A stretch of DNA of 64,000 nt from a virus. This document shows positions 53,537-64,000 of the stretch, piece by piece. The stretch is from the IMG/VR virus record IMGVR_UViG_3300043466_002666. One strand, given 5' to 3'. The notes below the pieces were generated by a model, which was not told the origin of the DNA, ran no database searches, and saw only the letters and a list, made by a program, of their open reading frames with translations. The position numbers and the translations under genes are program-made. The first letter of the stretch is position 1. The number at the start of each line of letters is the position of its first letter.

Positions 53537-55570
53537 TTACTGAGTTAGTTCGCCAAAGGAAATGCCAGTTCTTGTAGCAACAAAGGTAATTGTGATGAAG
53601 TTGATGCTTCTTGCAGGCTTCACATAAATTTCAGCATTAAATTCATTTCTGTCAATGACATCTGGAGTATTATTGGTTTCATCACACACCACAAGGAAAT
53701 CATAGATACCTCTTCTTCCTTGAACACCTCTTAAGTAAGGTTCAACGGCAGATTTGAAGGAACTTCTAGTTACCTCATCATTTACTTCAAACAACTGGAA
53801 TTTAGAGAATCTTGCAACATTCTTTTCAAGTTCGATGAATAGTCTACGAACATTAATTCTATTGAATGCACTAGGAGAAGATAGTGCAGTCTTATCACCA
53901 AATAAAACAATACCTTGTCCAGGGAATGAAACGATAGGATTGATTCTATTGGTATAAAGTCTGTCTCTTTCTGATTGCTTTGGTGAATATGCAAGCTTAG
54001 TTGCATTTCTCAGATTTCCTCTATTATATCCTGCAGGAGAGAACCAAGTCTCAGAATTAATAGTGGTATTGATGCAAAGACCAGCAACATCTGCTGCACA
54101 TGGGACGTAACGATAAGTATCGTTGAACTTATCATAGATGTACTTATAACCAGAGTCGAACATTGCAAATGAGCTACTTGCAATTCCACTGAAGAAATCT
54201 ACAATGTTTTCAGTTTTAACAGCACTGGTAGAACTATTAATTACATCTGATCTTCTTGGAGAAATTACAGCTACACAATCTCTTCTTGATTCTGCAATAT
54301 CAATAAGCTTAGCTGCTCTATCTGGACTTATAGTTCCAGGGATTAGGAAATCAATATCATTGAAACTTTCAGAATCTCTGAATAGTTCATATCCATTGTC
54401 TATTGCAGCTGTTACATCAACTGTATCACCAGTGAAATTATAATCTGTTCCACCGCTTAAGCTAAATCCGATAACTGGAGAATTTGAACTAGAAATTGGT
54501 GAGAATACCTTATTTGAACTATTTGTTTCGCCAATCACTGCATTTGTTTGACCTTCTAAATTAATTTTAGAAGTTCCAACAAAATCAATTCCGGTTGAGT
54601 GACCTGGGAATACATACTTGGATCTTTCTGCAATTGCAGTATGGAAGTATACTAATGAACCATCTAGAGTGCTTGCATCTTTTGCTTTGGAAACAAATAG
54701 ATACTTCTCAAGAATTGAATTTGGAGTACCAGTAATAATTCCATCTTCATCTAATACTACAATATGCATTTCATCAAATTTGCCGCCTTTAGAAGCAACA
54801 GAAGAAGATGTTCCTGGCTGAGGAGCAACATCTCTCCATTTTAGTCCAGATGCATACTCAAGAGTGTCGTAATAACTATTATCTGGCGCTGCACTGATTG
54901 CACCAGCTGCAATTAAAGTTACTGGGGTTCCTGCATTGTCGGTAATGCTATATGCTGGATACCCATTGGTTGGATCATCTGAAGTTGGAATTCTCTTTGT
55001 ACTATCATTTAAAATGATATGAAGAGTATTATCTGTAGTGCTTGACTTGTAAATCCAGCCAGTTCCTACAGTAGTGCTGCCTTTTTTAATTACAATGGCA
55101 TCTCCTGCTGAGACTGTAGGATCTGCACCAGTGTAAGTAATAATTTGGTCTGCACCATGATCAACTGCAACTACTTTTAAAGAATTTAATTTTGTTCCAG
55201 CAGATCTTGCTGCAAATTTAAATGCAGTTCCAGTGTAGTTATCGTAATCAAATTTACTCTTAATAATGAAAGAACTTAATCCTGCATCAGATGAAGAATT
55301 TAATACAATACTTGAACTTGTTGGTCTTACTACCGCAGCAATTCCACCATACTGAATGATGGTTAATGCAGCAAACCAAGACTCATAGTTATCGTTATTT
55401 GGTGTACCAAATGTATCTAGCAATTCCTTTTCACTAGTAATGTAGGTTACAGTATCTACAGGACCAGTTTCTGCTGCAATTACAATTGCAGCAACATTTT
55501 GATCGGATACATTAATTGTAGGAGTTAAATCAATTTCCTTAATAGATACTCCAGGTGAAGCAAACGCCAT
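53537..55570 (-). CDS. gp18: Tail sheath protein (gp18)
   Basis: SPGV, WFSPAGYNRG, RINVRRLF, KPARSINFI. Confidence 0.95.
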   Translation of the reverse strand: MAFASPGVSIKEIDLTPTINVSDQNVAAIVIAAETGPVDTVTYITSEKELLDTFGTPNNDNYESWFAALTIIQYGGIAAVVRPTSSSIVLNSSSDAGLSSFIIKSKFDYDNYTGTAFKFAARSAGTKLNSLKVVAVDHGADQIITYTGADPTVSAGDAIVIKKGSTTVGTGWIYKSSTTDNTLHIILNDSTKRIPTSDDPTNGYPAYSITDNAGTPVTLIAAGAISAAPDNSYYDTLEYASGLKWRDVAPQPGTSSSVASKGGKFDEMHIVVLDEDGIITGTPNSILEKYLFVSKAKDASTLDGSLVYFHTAIAERSKYVFPGHSTGIDFVGTSKINLEGQTNAVIGETNSSNKVFSPISSSNSPVIGFSLSGGTDYNFTGDTVDVTAAIDNGYELFRDSESFNDIDFLIPGTISPDRAAKLIDIAESRRDCVAVISPRRSDVINSSTSAVKTENIVDFFSGIASSSFAMFDSGYKYIYDKFNDTYRYVPCAADVAGLCINTTINSETWFSPAGYNRGNLRNATKLAYSPKQSERDRLYTNRINPIVSFPGQGIVLFGDKTALSSPSAFNRINVRRLFIELEKNVARFSKFQLFEVNDEVTRSSFKSAVEPYLRGVQGRRGIYDFLVVCDETNNTPDVIDRNEFNAEIYVKPARSINFITITFVATRTGISFGELTQ

Positions 55571-55630
55571 GTTTATTACCTCTATGAGATTTTTTTTCTC
55601 AAAACTATTTATTTATCTTTATATTTTGAA

Positions 55631-57307
55631 CTACTTATATTCCCACATATAAGCCATATCACCATATTCATCAACATTCCACTTATCATCTGTAGCAGCA
55701 GTCCAATAATCTCCTTTAGTATCTACAAATGTAGTTTCAGTATCAGTCAAGCCATCCAATATAAAACCAAATGGAGCCATATCCTGCTCAATAGCCTCTC
55801 TTTGATCTTCAAAAATTCTTTTCCTAACATCATTTGAAGTAAGCTCCCTAAAATAAGGTTGAGTTGATAACCAAGAGAAAATTACGAGACACATTGCCAA
55901 GTCATCATTACAACCTTCCTCTGCAGAAAAAGTATCACTCTTTTGAATGAATGTAGTCAATTCACTAATAATGTCATAATCTGGAACTAAAAGTTTATCA
56001 TCTTCAATCATTGCTTTTAGGTTGGCACATCCATACTTTTTAACTGCCTTGGTCATCTTCACTCCCAGTTGTGCCTTGTTGGAAAATCCAGTTCCAACTA
56101 TCTGGCCAGCACGACCTTTCATTGCACACATTAGCAAGTTATCGTACTCTAGATCAAACTGCAGGATATCTGCTACTTGACCACCGATATCATTGACCTC
56201 AACCAATATATTGGCATTATTGTAGTTTTTACCGACTGTATCTATGATATTGGGGAAGAGGATGGGTTTTATCTCATTATTCTTGTATTTTGCTACCATT
56301 TTATAAGGGATTGTAGTGACATCCATTACCACGAAGGCAGAGTAATCATTTCCAACTCCCCTGGCAACGTCAACGGTCATTACATAATCATGACCATCTA
56401 TTGGGTCTTCATATACATCCAATCCACCACTTCGTTTTAATGGATCTTCATAAACCATTGCACGAAGTTTATTTGGATTGATTAAAGTATCAACAGATCC
56501 TAGGAAGGTACACTCAAATTCTTGCTCAAACTGTCGTTGAGAAGTGTTTGCAATAGTTTCTTCTTTCCACTTCTGGTCTCTTCCTGGAACATCCCACCAG
56601 TTAACTTCCAATGGTGTGTAACTGTTCTTTCCTCGTTCTGCATCGTGCCAGAACTTATAGAACATGTTCATTCCATTTGGAGTGGAAATGATAATTACTT
56701 TAGTAGTTTTACCAGATGAAATAGTAGGGTATACAGAACTAAAAAACTGTTCTGCAATGTGGTTCGGAATGAACGCAAATTCGTCCAGGAAGATGATGTT
56801 GAATGAGTTTCCTCGGACAGCAGATGATGAAGTAGAAGCAGCAATAATCTTGGATCCGTTCTCTAGCTCCAGTGATCCACGGTTCCAAGAACCCACGCCC
56901 TGCTGTAACCATTTAGGTAAGTTTTCGTATGATAACTGCAATCTGGATAGAAGTTCCCTTGAGGTCTCTGCTTTGTTTGCAAGAATTGCGATTTTTACGT
57001 TGGGGTTGAACAAAGCATAATGTAACAGGTAGGAAACAACCGTAGTTGATTTTCCAGTCTGTCTTGGAAGCTTTGCGATATTAAATCTATGCTTATGGAA
57101 ATTGTCAATCAATTTTTCTTGGAAGTCCCACATTTTAAATGGGACTAGACCTTCATCAAGAGAAACAATTTTGATGTACTTTTTTGCAAAGTAAATTGGA
57201 TCTTCTTGACATGTCAAATACTCTTCTAACTGTTCAGAAGTAAATTGTATTTGTACGTTAGAAGGTTTGAGGTTAGGATTACCTTTATAACTAGATCTTT
57301 CACTCAT
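55631..57307 (-). CDS. gp17: Terminase large subunit (gp17)
   Basis: PRQTGKST, LDEFAF, DVARG, NDDLAM. Confidence 0.96.
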   Translation of the reverse strand: MSERSSYKGNPNLKPSNVQIQFTSEQLEEYLTCQEDPIYFAKKYIKIVSLDEGLVPFKMWDFQEKLIDNFHKHRFNIAKLPRQTGKSTTVVSYLLHYALFNPNVKIAILANKAETSRELLSRLQLSYENLPKWLQQGVGSWNRGSLELENGSKIIAASTSSSAVRGNSFNIIFLDEFAFIPNHIAEQFFSSVYPTISSGKTTKVIIISTPNGMNMFYKFWHDAERGKNSYTPLEVNWWDVPGRDQKWKEETIANTSQRQFEQEFECTFLGSVDTLINPNKLRAMVYEDPLKRSGGLDVYEDPIDGHDYVMTVDVARGVGNDYSAFVVMDVTTIPYKMVAKYKNNEIKPILFPNIIDTVGKNYNNANILVEVNDIGGQVADILQFDLEYDNLLMCAMKGRAGQIVGTGFSNKAQLGVKMTKAVKKYGCANLKAMIEDDKLLVPDYDIISELTTFIQKSDTFSAEEGCNDDLAMCLVIFSWLSTQPYFRELTSNDVRKRIFEDQREAIEQDMAPFGFILDGLTDTETTFVDTKGDYWTAATDDKWNVDEYGDMAYMWEYK

Positions 57308-57313
57308 AGTAAA

Positions 57314-58315
57314 TTATTTTAATTTTGGTTTTCGCCAATCGGGACCTTTTAATTTTGCTTTTGCTGCAGATTGTTCTCCTGCACTTGTTGTTCTATCTGC
57401 AAGATTTCTAATTTTTGCTTGTCTTCTAGCAGAACTATGTCCAGAACCAATTTGAAAACTTACATTATCTGCTTCATTCATAAACTGAGAGAAAGACTTT
57501 GATTCACCTCTTAGTTGACGATAATGAGCTTTTAATTCTGCTCCGCCAGAAGATTTAGCACCTTTGAGCCAAGGATCTTCATCTGAATCATTTGACTTAC
57601 TAACTGGTTTGGTGCTTGATTTATACTTAACTTTTGACGAAGTTGGTTTGCGAGGCATATAGACTTTTCCGCCACTTGCAGTTCTCTCACCAGTATCTAC
57701 TCTATTCTTCAATCTATCTACAATTCTGCTAAGCACTCCTTCATCAATTTTCTCATCTGATGCCAGATATTCTGCAGCAGTATCTACAAAGTCTGCAGCT
57801 CGTGTAATTTTTGATTGTACCCATGCAGGAAGTTGTTGATCAGATTTGCGAATAATTCTGCGAAGCATAGCAATAGATCTTTCCATCTGATCCAATTCAA
57901 GCCTTGCCATATACCCTTCATGGTCTTTAATCTTTCCACTATTAATTTCTTTATGATCTTCTTGCATGTTCAAAAGACTGGTATTCATTTCCCATGCGCT
58001 TGGACCATATGAACATTGTGATTTAGTTTCTTTCTTTTCACAAAGATGACAATAACGAACTTCTTGTTTCTCTTCTTTGACGGATTTTTTTCCATCTTTC
58101 CATTGAGACTTTAATTGCTTTTCCATTTTTAGTAAATGCTTGTAATAGTTAGGAAACTCAGCAATATGTTGGAGAGCAATTCCGTAAGCCTCTTCATGAG
58201 TAGTTACGTGCTCTCTTTCTACAGTAGAACCAACTTCTGCCTGTCTAATAACGTAATCAACAGATACACCATGTTTCTTGGCGATTTCTTGTTCTGTAGG
58301 AACTTTCTTTTTCAT
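57314..58315 (-). CDS. Modular hypothetical protein (DUF5661-like N-terminus)
   Basis: VEREH...IALQHIAEFPNYY; LPAWVQSKIT module; internal KSFSQFMNEA. Confidence 0.7.
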   Translation of the reverse strand: MKKKVPTEQEIAKKHGVSVDYVIRQAEVGSTVEREHVTTHEEAYGIALQHIAEFPNYYKHLLKMEKQLKSQWKDGKKSVKEEKQEVRYCHLCEKKETKSQCSYGPSAWEMNTSLLNMQEDHKEINSGKIKDHEGYMARLELDQMERSIAMLRRIIRKSDQQLPAWVQSKITRAADFVDTAAEYLASDEKIDEGVLSRIVDRLKNRVDTGERTASGGKVYMPRKPTSSKVKYKSSTKPVSKSNDSDEDPWLKGAKSSGGAELKAHYRQLRGESKSFSQFMNEADNVSFQIGSGHSSARRQAKIRNLADRTTSAGEQSAAKAKLKGPDWRKPKLK

Positions 58316-59679
58316 TAGTAAATCTCCCTCCACTGAAGACCTGCTCTGATTGTTCCAGCGTTATTACCCATGTTCGTTACCAATACAACATATACTTCAG
58401 ATGAACTTGAGTCAAAATTTTGAACGATAATGTTTTTCTTTGCTGCTGAAATAGAACCTGTTGAAGCAGATCCTAAAGAGTTTTGTGAAGAACCAGCAGT
58501 TACATAACCACCAAATAAGACATCACGATTTGCTGCTGTATAACCAGTAGCACCTACAGAATATTGAACGCCACTATCAGCATCAACATCGGTCCAAGTA
58601 AGTGTTCCTGCCAAACTTGCTTCGCTAGGTAGTTTAGCAATTTGAAATGCCATCGTTTCGCCAGTTGGATACAGAGCAATATTATTCAACTTGACAGAAA
58701 TTCTGTTTGGATAAGATTGGAATGTATTTTTCAAACGAATTGCTAATACTGGTAGAGTGGCAGCTGCTCCAACTGCTCTTGATGCTGTCATCAAATGCAT
58801 AAAGTCAATACCACTTTCTGTGTATCCACCTTCTGACATTACAGTAGAACAAATCTGATCCATCGAACCACCAGAAGTTGTGCCTGTGTTTAGGATCTCA
58901 CATCTTACTGGGAGGTTTGGATTAGACATATAAACTTCTGATAGCACATTAGAGCAGTAGTATTCATGTGCTAAAATGATCTGACCAGCATGAACAAATC
59001 CACAACGAACTCTACCAACTCCAAGCCACTGAAAGTCAATATAAACCAGTTGAGTTTTTGAAGTATTGATGTTGAACTTGGAAGGACCAGTTCCATCACA
59101 AGGATCAATATTCCATTCTGATTGAGGAACTCTTCTCTTGTAGTCTCCTACTGTTGCTTCACTAGCACTGCCGCCAGCATAGGAACGAATTACAAAATTG
59201 AGTGTACCATTTGTTGTGCCGTTGGAAGTTCCATTTCCAACTTGCTCAAAGTAAATGCCATCTCTGTCATCAAAGTATCCAGTTCTCTTGGTTACATTCT
59301 GCTGGGCGTAACCAAAGCATACCGAACTAAAGATAACCTGTGATTTACCTGGCTGGTAATGATGATAGAACTTTGTTTGATGGGAGGCACTAGAAGCAAC
59401 ATTAGATGTTGTTGTCATCGTAGCACATGCTTTATTCACGTCATATTGAATGTTCCCACCATTCAATGTTCTATCGTTGAAGTTAGGATCAATAGCATAG
59501 AGATGCTTATAATCACCGAGAGTGAATGTCTCGGCAACTCTCAAACGACCAAAAGCATCATTAGCAGTTGCACCAGTACCAGTAGTAAGATTGCCGAAGT
59601 TATCGGCAAGCATCACTACTTCATACTCATCATTATTATCACTAGCTAGTGATTGGTCTGAACGGTAAAACTTTGCCAT
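58315..59679 (-). CDS. Putative virion structural protein
   Basis: DAFGRLRV, YQPGKS, QWLGVGRVR motifs; beta-rich. Confidence 0.65.
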   Translation of the reverse strand: MAKFYRSDQSLASDNNDEYEVVMLADNFGNLTTGTGATANDAFGRLRVAETFTLGDYKHLYAIDPNFNDRTLNGGNIQYDVNKACATMTTTSNVASSASHQTKFYHHYQPGKSQVIFSSVCFGYAQQNVTKRTGYFDDRDGIYFEQVGNGTSNGTTNGTLNFVIRSYAGGSASEATVGDYKRRVPQSEWNIDPCDGTGPSKFNINTSKTQLVYIDFQWLGVGRVRCGFVHAGQIILAHEYYCSNVLSEVYMSNPNLPVRCEILNTGTTSGGSMDQICSTVMSEGGYTESGIDFMHLMTASRAVGAAATLPVLAIRLKNTFQSYPNRISVKLNNIALYPTGETMAFQIAKLPSEASLAGTLTWTDVDADSGVQYSVGATGYTAANRDVLFGGYVTAGSSQNSLGSASTGSISAAKKNIIVQNFDSSSSEVYVVLVTNMGNNAGTIRAGLQWREIY

Positions 59680-59682
59680 CTA

Positions 59683-60231
59683 TCAACCACCAACAATTTG
59701 AATTTCTGTTGCATATACTTTAGCACCACCACTTCCAGCAATTGTAGCATACTTAAAACTATTATTTAGAGTGGCCGTTCCAGTAAAATCAGCATAACCA
59801 GAAGAATTAAGAGCAACCGAAATTGAAGTATCTGTTACTGCAGTTACTGCTAGGTGTGCAACGCCAGTATTATATGCAGCAACCGAAGAACCAGTTAGAG
59901 TAACATAATCACCAACAACAAACGAATGTGCTGGACGACCAACATCTTGTCTCATATTTAGAACAGTTGTACTCGCACCCTTAGTAATACTAGCAATAGC
60001 AGCTCTTTTTACAGAAGCAACCTTGACTACAATCTCATACCCATCATGGATGTAAAGTGTGCTGTTTGCTGCTAGAGGGTTTCCTCCCCATGCAATTCTT
60101 GCTGGACCTTTTGCAATATCAGCAATAAAACGAATTACACCACTATTGACGATAAATGCAGTAGATTGAGTATCTGTAGTATCTGTAGTATCTACTATAG
60201 GTAAATCTTGTACAACTTTAATGACTGACAT
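59683..60231 (-). CDS. Putative virion structural protein
   Basis: Beta-rich; H.F.VGDYVTLTG. Confidence 0.6.
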   Translation of the reverse strand: MSVIKVVQDLPIVDTTDTTDTQSTAFIVNSGVIRFIADIAKGPARIAWGGNPLAANSTLYIHDGYEIVVKVASVKRAAIASITKGASTTVLNMRQDVGRPAHSFVVGDYVTLTGSSVAAYNTGVAHLAVTAVTDTSISVALNSSGYADFTGTATLNNSFKYATIAGSGGAKVYATEIQIVGG

Positions 60232-60251
60232 TTAAATTCTCCGAATTGTTA

Positions 60252-60668
60252 TCATTCTTCCGTATTATTTATTTTGGATTGTTTTAGAAACTTTTGAAGT
60301 TCTGCGGTGCTTCCGATAAACATTGTATTGTTTACAGTAGATGGACCTTTTCTGGAAGGAGTATCTTCTTCAATGGTCTTCATTTTTTTCTGAAGATCAA
60401 TTAATTTGTCAGTCATATCAGCAATATTTTTGATGCCTTGGAAAGCAACTTCATATGCTCTTGGATGATCACTATTTCTAGCTACATCCATGATGCCATC
60501 AATCGCTTCCTGACCCTTTCCAATTAAATTATATAATTGTTCTCTACTATATTCATAATCTTTTTCAATATCTTTTATATCATCTTCAAGTTTTACAATT
60601 TCTGTTTCGGAAACTGTATCTTGAGGGACAATATTAAAAGCGTCATCTAATTTATCGAATGTTGACAT
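60252..60668 (-). CDS. gp16: Terminase small subunit (gp16)
   Basis: DYEYSR...HPRAYEV...FIGSTAELQK. Confidence 0.92.
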   Translation of the reverse strand: MSTFDKLDDAFNIVPQDTVSETEIVKLEDDIKDIEKDYEYSREQLYNLIGKGQEAIDGIMDVARNSDHPRAYEVAFQGIKNIADMTDKLIDLQKKMKTIEEDTPSRKGPSTVNNTMFIGSTAELQKFLKQSKINNTEE

Positions 60669-60670
60669 GA

Positions 60671-61468
60671 TTATTCAGTCCAAAGTTCATTAAATCCAAA
60701 ATCATCATCTGCTTCTACTAAAGCATCATCTAGAGTATTAATAACTCCATCGTTATTATTATCTTCTAATGCTTTTGGAGTTACACTATATGTCACATAT
60801 CTGTTGGCGTTAATTGCAGTACCAATATCAACATTGACCTTTTTGATTATATCTGAAGTTGTAATTGGTCCGTAAATATATGACTTTGCAGTAAATGTTA
60901 GAGTGTAAATAATAGTTCTTCTGACAGTAAAATCTCCTTCATAATCATCTTGAATAGTTACACCATTTAGTAAAATTGGAATATCTTTTTTCTCATCTGT
61001 CTCTGCGACCATATTGATCGTAATTGAAAAATATGGCTGAAAGAAAGGTAAAATTTGTTCTAAAATTTGAACAGCATCGTCGTTATTTTTGCTGATGATA
61101 GCAAGCTCAAAATCTAAATTATATGGAACTGGCATATAATGTGAATATGATATATCAGTTTCTCCATTCTTTGGAGTTCTGCATACCTGAGTTGGTCCTA
61201 ACTTTCTTGAGGGATCATATGTGATTCCTTTTAACTCAAACGCAATTCTAGGTAGCTGAATCTGAGTAGGTCTTCGTTGATCTAAATCTGGTTCTGCTTC
61301 TACTCTTGCTAAAAATTTCTCAACAGGACCATATGCAAAAGGAACTTTAATGGATTGCTTAACAACTCCATCTTTGTCTTTTCTTCTGAGTTCTATATTA
61401 TTAAATAGAGTGCCAAATCCAATAATTGTTTTACGAATTGATTCGTTATAAAAATGTGTGCCTAACAT
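60671..61468 (-). CDS. gp15: Tail sheath stabilizer (gp15)
   Basis: FGTLFNNI...LPRIAFE...QILEQILPFFQP. Confidence 0.93.
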   Translation of the reverse strand: MLGTHFYNESIRKTIIGFGTLFNNIELRRKDKDGVVKQSIKVPFAYGPVEKFLARVEAEPDLDQRRPTQIQLPRIAFELKGITYDPSRKLGPTQVCRTPKNGETDISYSHYMPVPYNLDFELAIISKNNDDAVQILEQILPFFQPYFSITINMVAETDEKKDIPILLNGVTIQDDYEGDFTVRRTIIYTLTFTAKSYIYGPITTSDIIKKVNVDIGTAINANRYVTYSVTPKALEDNNNDGVINTLDDALVEADDDFGFNELWTE

Positions 61469-62565
61469 TAAAATTCTCCCATATTTGAATATTCACCGAA
61501 TGGATTTCTTTCGGACCAGTCGATAATTTGGTCACCTTCATCTTCAAACCATTTGTTTTCGTTGAAGTCATCATTTTCATTTTCAATAGAGCTAAAGGTA
61601 CTGATTACCCACTCTGCATTACTAGTTCCTCCGATTAAAGTTTCTCCGTCTTTAAACTTTCCTACTATATCTATAAGCTCAAGCTCTTTATTAGTTACAT
61701 CATATCTTATAACTTTTCCTTTGGCTCCGCTTATAGAACCTGTTACGATCTCTTCAAATTTATAGATGCCTTTTGGTGCCAATACTGCCTGTGCAGATGC
61801 TCCATTTCCAGCACCACCGATAATTACTGCAGGAACAGAATTATATCCAGATCCAGGTTGAATAATTTTAATTCCTGTAATTACTCCTGCAGAAACTGTA
61901 GCAGCAGCTTGAGCACCAGATGCTCCACTTACAATACCAAAAGTTACAGTAGTTCCAGATGCAGTATATCCGGTGCCTCCATTGAGAACATTAATTTGCT
62001 TAATTCCTTCTGTAAGTTTAAATGTAATAGAATATCCTTCCTCTCTTCTAATTTTATCTATTTCTTCTACCCCAGTTTCAAATCTTTCACTGGAATCCTC
62101 CATTACTTCACAAACTAGTTGATATGTCGCAATCTGTCCTAATTGTCGAAATGGTTTGTTGTGCTCTACAAATTTAATTTGAAATAGTTGATTTGTTAGA
62201 GGGAAATAAATTACATCACCTTCATTAGGTCTTTCGTTGGTGAGTAAATTGTTTGATGAGGAGATTAGATCTTCCCATCTTCTCTTTGAAATTATAAATG
62301 TTGCCTCTTCTGCAATACGTACTCCAAATTTAGTTAATAACGTTCCTTCCCCGGTAAATCCTTCGTAGTTAGAAACATACATTTCTATCATGTAGTTTTC
62401 ATCAAATAATGCAAGAGGATCTTCTTTGAATAATCTGTCATCATCTGAAAATTCTCTTGGCAAATAATAAACATCAAAACCATAAATTTTCAAAGATTCT
62501 ATAATTAAATCTTCATACAATCTTTGTTCTGATGATGTTCCGTGGGAAAAGTAAACGTTTTTCAT
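61468..62565 (-). CDS. gp14: Neck protein (gp14) with inserted beta-repeat domain
   Basis: ESLKIYGFDVYYLPRE, RPNEGDVIYFP, SERNPFG. Confidence 0.9.
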   Translation of the reverse strand: MKNVYFSHGTSSEQRLYEDLIIESLKIYGFDVYYLPREFSDDDRLFKEDPLALFDENYMIEMYVSNYEGFTGEGTLLTKFGVRIAEEATFIISKRRWEDLISSSNNLLTNERPNEGDVIYFPLTNQLFQIKFVEHNKPFRQLGQIATYQLVCEVMEDSSERFETGVEEIDKIRREEGYSITFKLTEGIKQINVLNGGTGYTASGTTVTFGIVSGASGAQAAATVSAGVITGIKIIQPGSGYNSVPAVIIGGAGNGASAQAVLAPKGIYKFEEIVTGSISGAKGKVIRYDVTNKELELIDIVGKFKDGETLIGGTSNAEWVISTFSSIENENDDFNENKWFEDEGDQIIDWSERNPFGEYSNMGEF

Positions 62566-63386
62566 TATCCTACCATATCAAGTGGTGGCAGTTCATATGT
62601 ACTTAGAAGTTCTTCATATAGCTTATCCAACTCTCCAGATGCATCATCATATAATTGACGACCATTGAAAGTTACCCCACCTGGCATCTGAATACCTTCA
62701 AATTTAGATAAATTTTGACCCCACTGCTTTTTGATAAGTGAAGTTAAATATTTTTTGACCCAAATTTCATTATAAAGTTTATTGAACTCATTTGGATCCA
62801 ATGCTCTATAACAATCAATAACAATAAAATCATCTTTAGATTGCATACCCCAATCAAGATCAATATACAATCTATTTTGAACTTTATTATAACGAATATC
62901 TTTGTTGCCTTCTAACATAAAATCTAGTGTTTCTAGATAAGTCAGCACCATATAATAATTCATAATATCATATGAATAGAAATTATAAAAGTCATTTAGA
63001 AAGAACTGATATCTAAAACCAAACATGTTATTAACAAAAGCATTTGATACTTTAAAAATGCCTTGCACTGCAATAACGTGATCTGGAACTGTTAGATATC
63101 CTCTTCCTTCTTCAAAACTTAAAGTCCTGGATGAATCAGAATCATTGGTGTCAGTTTTAGTAGTAGTAAAATTTCTTTTCTTTCCATTATCAAGATCTTC
63201 TTGGGTAAGTTTGTACTTCAAGTACATCCTTTCCATGCCATTATAGGCTCTCTCATTAAAAATTTGAATTGTGTCGTCGATGAGATCTTCTATTTGATCG
63301 TCATCAACATTAATTTCAATCACTGGTTTTCCAAGTCTACGAAGACAATATTCTTTTAATTGTACTCTACTACTTGGTTTTGTCAT
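62565..63386 (-). CDS. gp13: Neck protein (gp13)
   Basis: YCLRRLGKPVIEINVDDDQ, KQWGQNLSKF. Confidence 0.93.
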   Translation of the reverse strand: MTKPSSRVQLKEYCLRRLGKPVIEINVDDDQIEDLIDDTIQIFNERAYNGMERMYLKYKLTQEDLDNGKKRNFTTTKTDTNDSDSSRTLSFEEGRGYLTVPDHVIAVQGIFKVSNAFVNNMFGFRYQFFLNDFYNFYSYDIMNYYMVLTYLETLDFMLEGNKDIRYNKVQNRLYIDLDWGMQSKDDFIVIDCYRALDPNEFNKLYNEIWVKKYLTSLIKKQWGQNLSKFEGIQMPGGVTFNGRQLYDDASGELDKLYEELLSTYELPPLDMVG

Positions 63387-63601
63387 TATACTGACCTTCT
63401 AGATTTTGTAAGTTCTTTTGTTGGAGTTTCAGATTTGTCATCAAAAGAACCCCCATCTGAAACTAAAGGTTGCTTTTGGGTAGCAGTTATCATATTATTA
63501 AGATAAATCACTTTAGCTTCAAGCATTATGTTTTGGGATGTCAATTCATTTATCTTTTTTTGCATTACTGCTAATAAATTATTTACTTCATCTGAGTTCA
63601 T
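63386..63601 (-). CDS. Hypothetical coiled-coil protein
   Basis: QNIMLEAK; conserved position upstream of gp13. Confidence 0.7.
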   Translation of the reverse strand: MNSDEVNNLLAVMQKKINELTSQNIMLEAKVIYLNNMITATQKQPLVSDGGSFDDKSETPTKELTKSRRSV

Positions 63602-63627
63602 AATTACCTCATAGTTTTAGTTATTTA

Positions 63628-64000
63628 TCAATAGGTTCCACCATCAAGAGTTGTAGTCCAAACTGGAACACCAGAACCATTTACAGTTAAAATTTGATTT
63701 GATGTTGTTTCATCAGAAGTTCCTGCAGCAACTGTTCTTGTTAATCTCTTGTATTGATCAAAGAAAGCAACACCATTTAATACCCCATCATCAAGTTTTA
63801 CTGTTTTGAAATATGCACTACCTCTAGTTCCATTGAATACATTTCCAGAATTTGTGGCATCTGGAATGTATGTAAAATAATATGTTGTTACATCTTCAGA
63901 GATTCCAGACTCATCATAACCGAAGAAACCAGTTTTTAAGCTGCCATTGTAGTATCTGTATTCGATACCACGATCCATATTATCGTCTGCACCTTGAGTA
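63628..64000 (-). CDS. C-terminus of a tail fibre/baseplate-associated protein (truncated by window)
   Basis: DRGIEYRY...GFFGYD; ends TTTLDGGTY; frame is open to the window edge. Confidence 0.6.
   Translation of the reverse strand, partial: TQGADDNMDRGIEYRYYNGSLKTGFFGYDESGISEDVTTYYFTYIPDATNSGNVFNGTRGSAYFKTVKLDDGVLNGVAFFDQYKRLTRTVAAGTSDETTSNQILTVNGSGVPVWTTTLDGGTY

Noticed and set aside
1-64000. CRISPR array, integrase, IS element, psbD or recoded stop codons
   Set aside because: No regularly spaced repeats or such genes seen; genes read through normally in code 11

Overview
This 64-kb window is an AT-rich segment of a T4-like cyanomyophage (Kyanoviridae-like, probably freshwater by inference). 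Nearly all genes lie on the minus strand. In transcription order it holds the virion module (gp13-gp23, gp3), then recombination, late transcription and replication genes (uvsY, uvsW, gp55, gp47/46, CobT/CobS-like, gp45/44/62, regA, hsp20, gp43, uvsX, gp41, mazG, gp61, nrdA/B). An accessory region follows with 10 tRNAs, a tRNA-like RNA, several structured non-coding segments, envelope enzymes, an SLH porin-like protein, two hli genes, petF and psbA. psbA is split by two group I introns, one carrying a LAGLIDADG ORF, and is followed by two EndoVII-type (F-CphI-like) endonuclease genes. Other notable signals are: a tandem glutamine riboswitch driving a small DUF4278-like ORF on the plus strand; an HLR1 (RpaB) box at the hli promoter; T4-type capsid-targeting motifs on a nucleotidyltransferase; a duplicated promoter-plus-14-mer element that may mark replication origins; and -35 boxes embedded in hairpins. 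All protein calls come from motif recognition by eye; no database searches were run.
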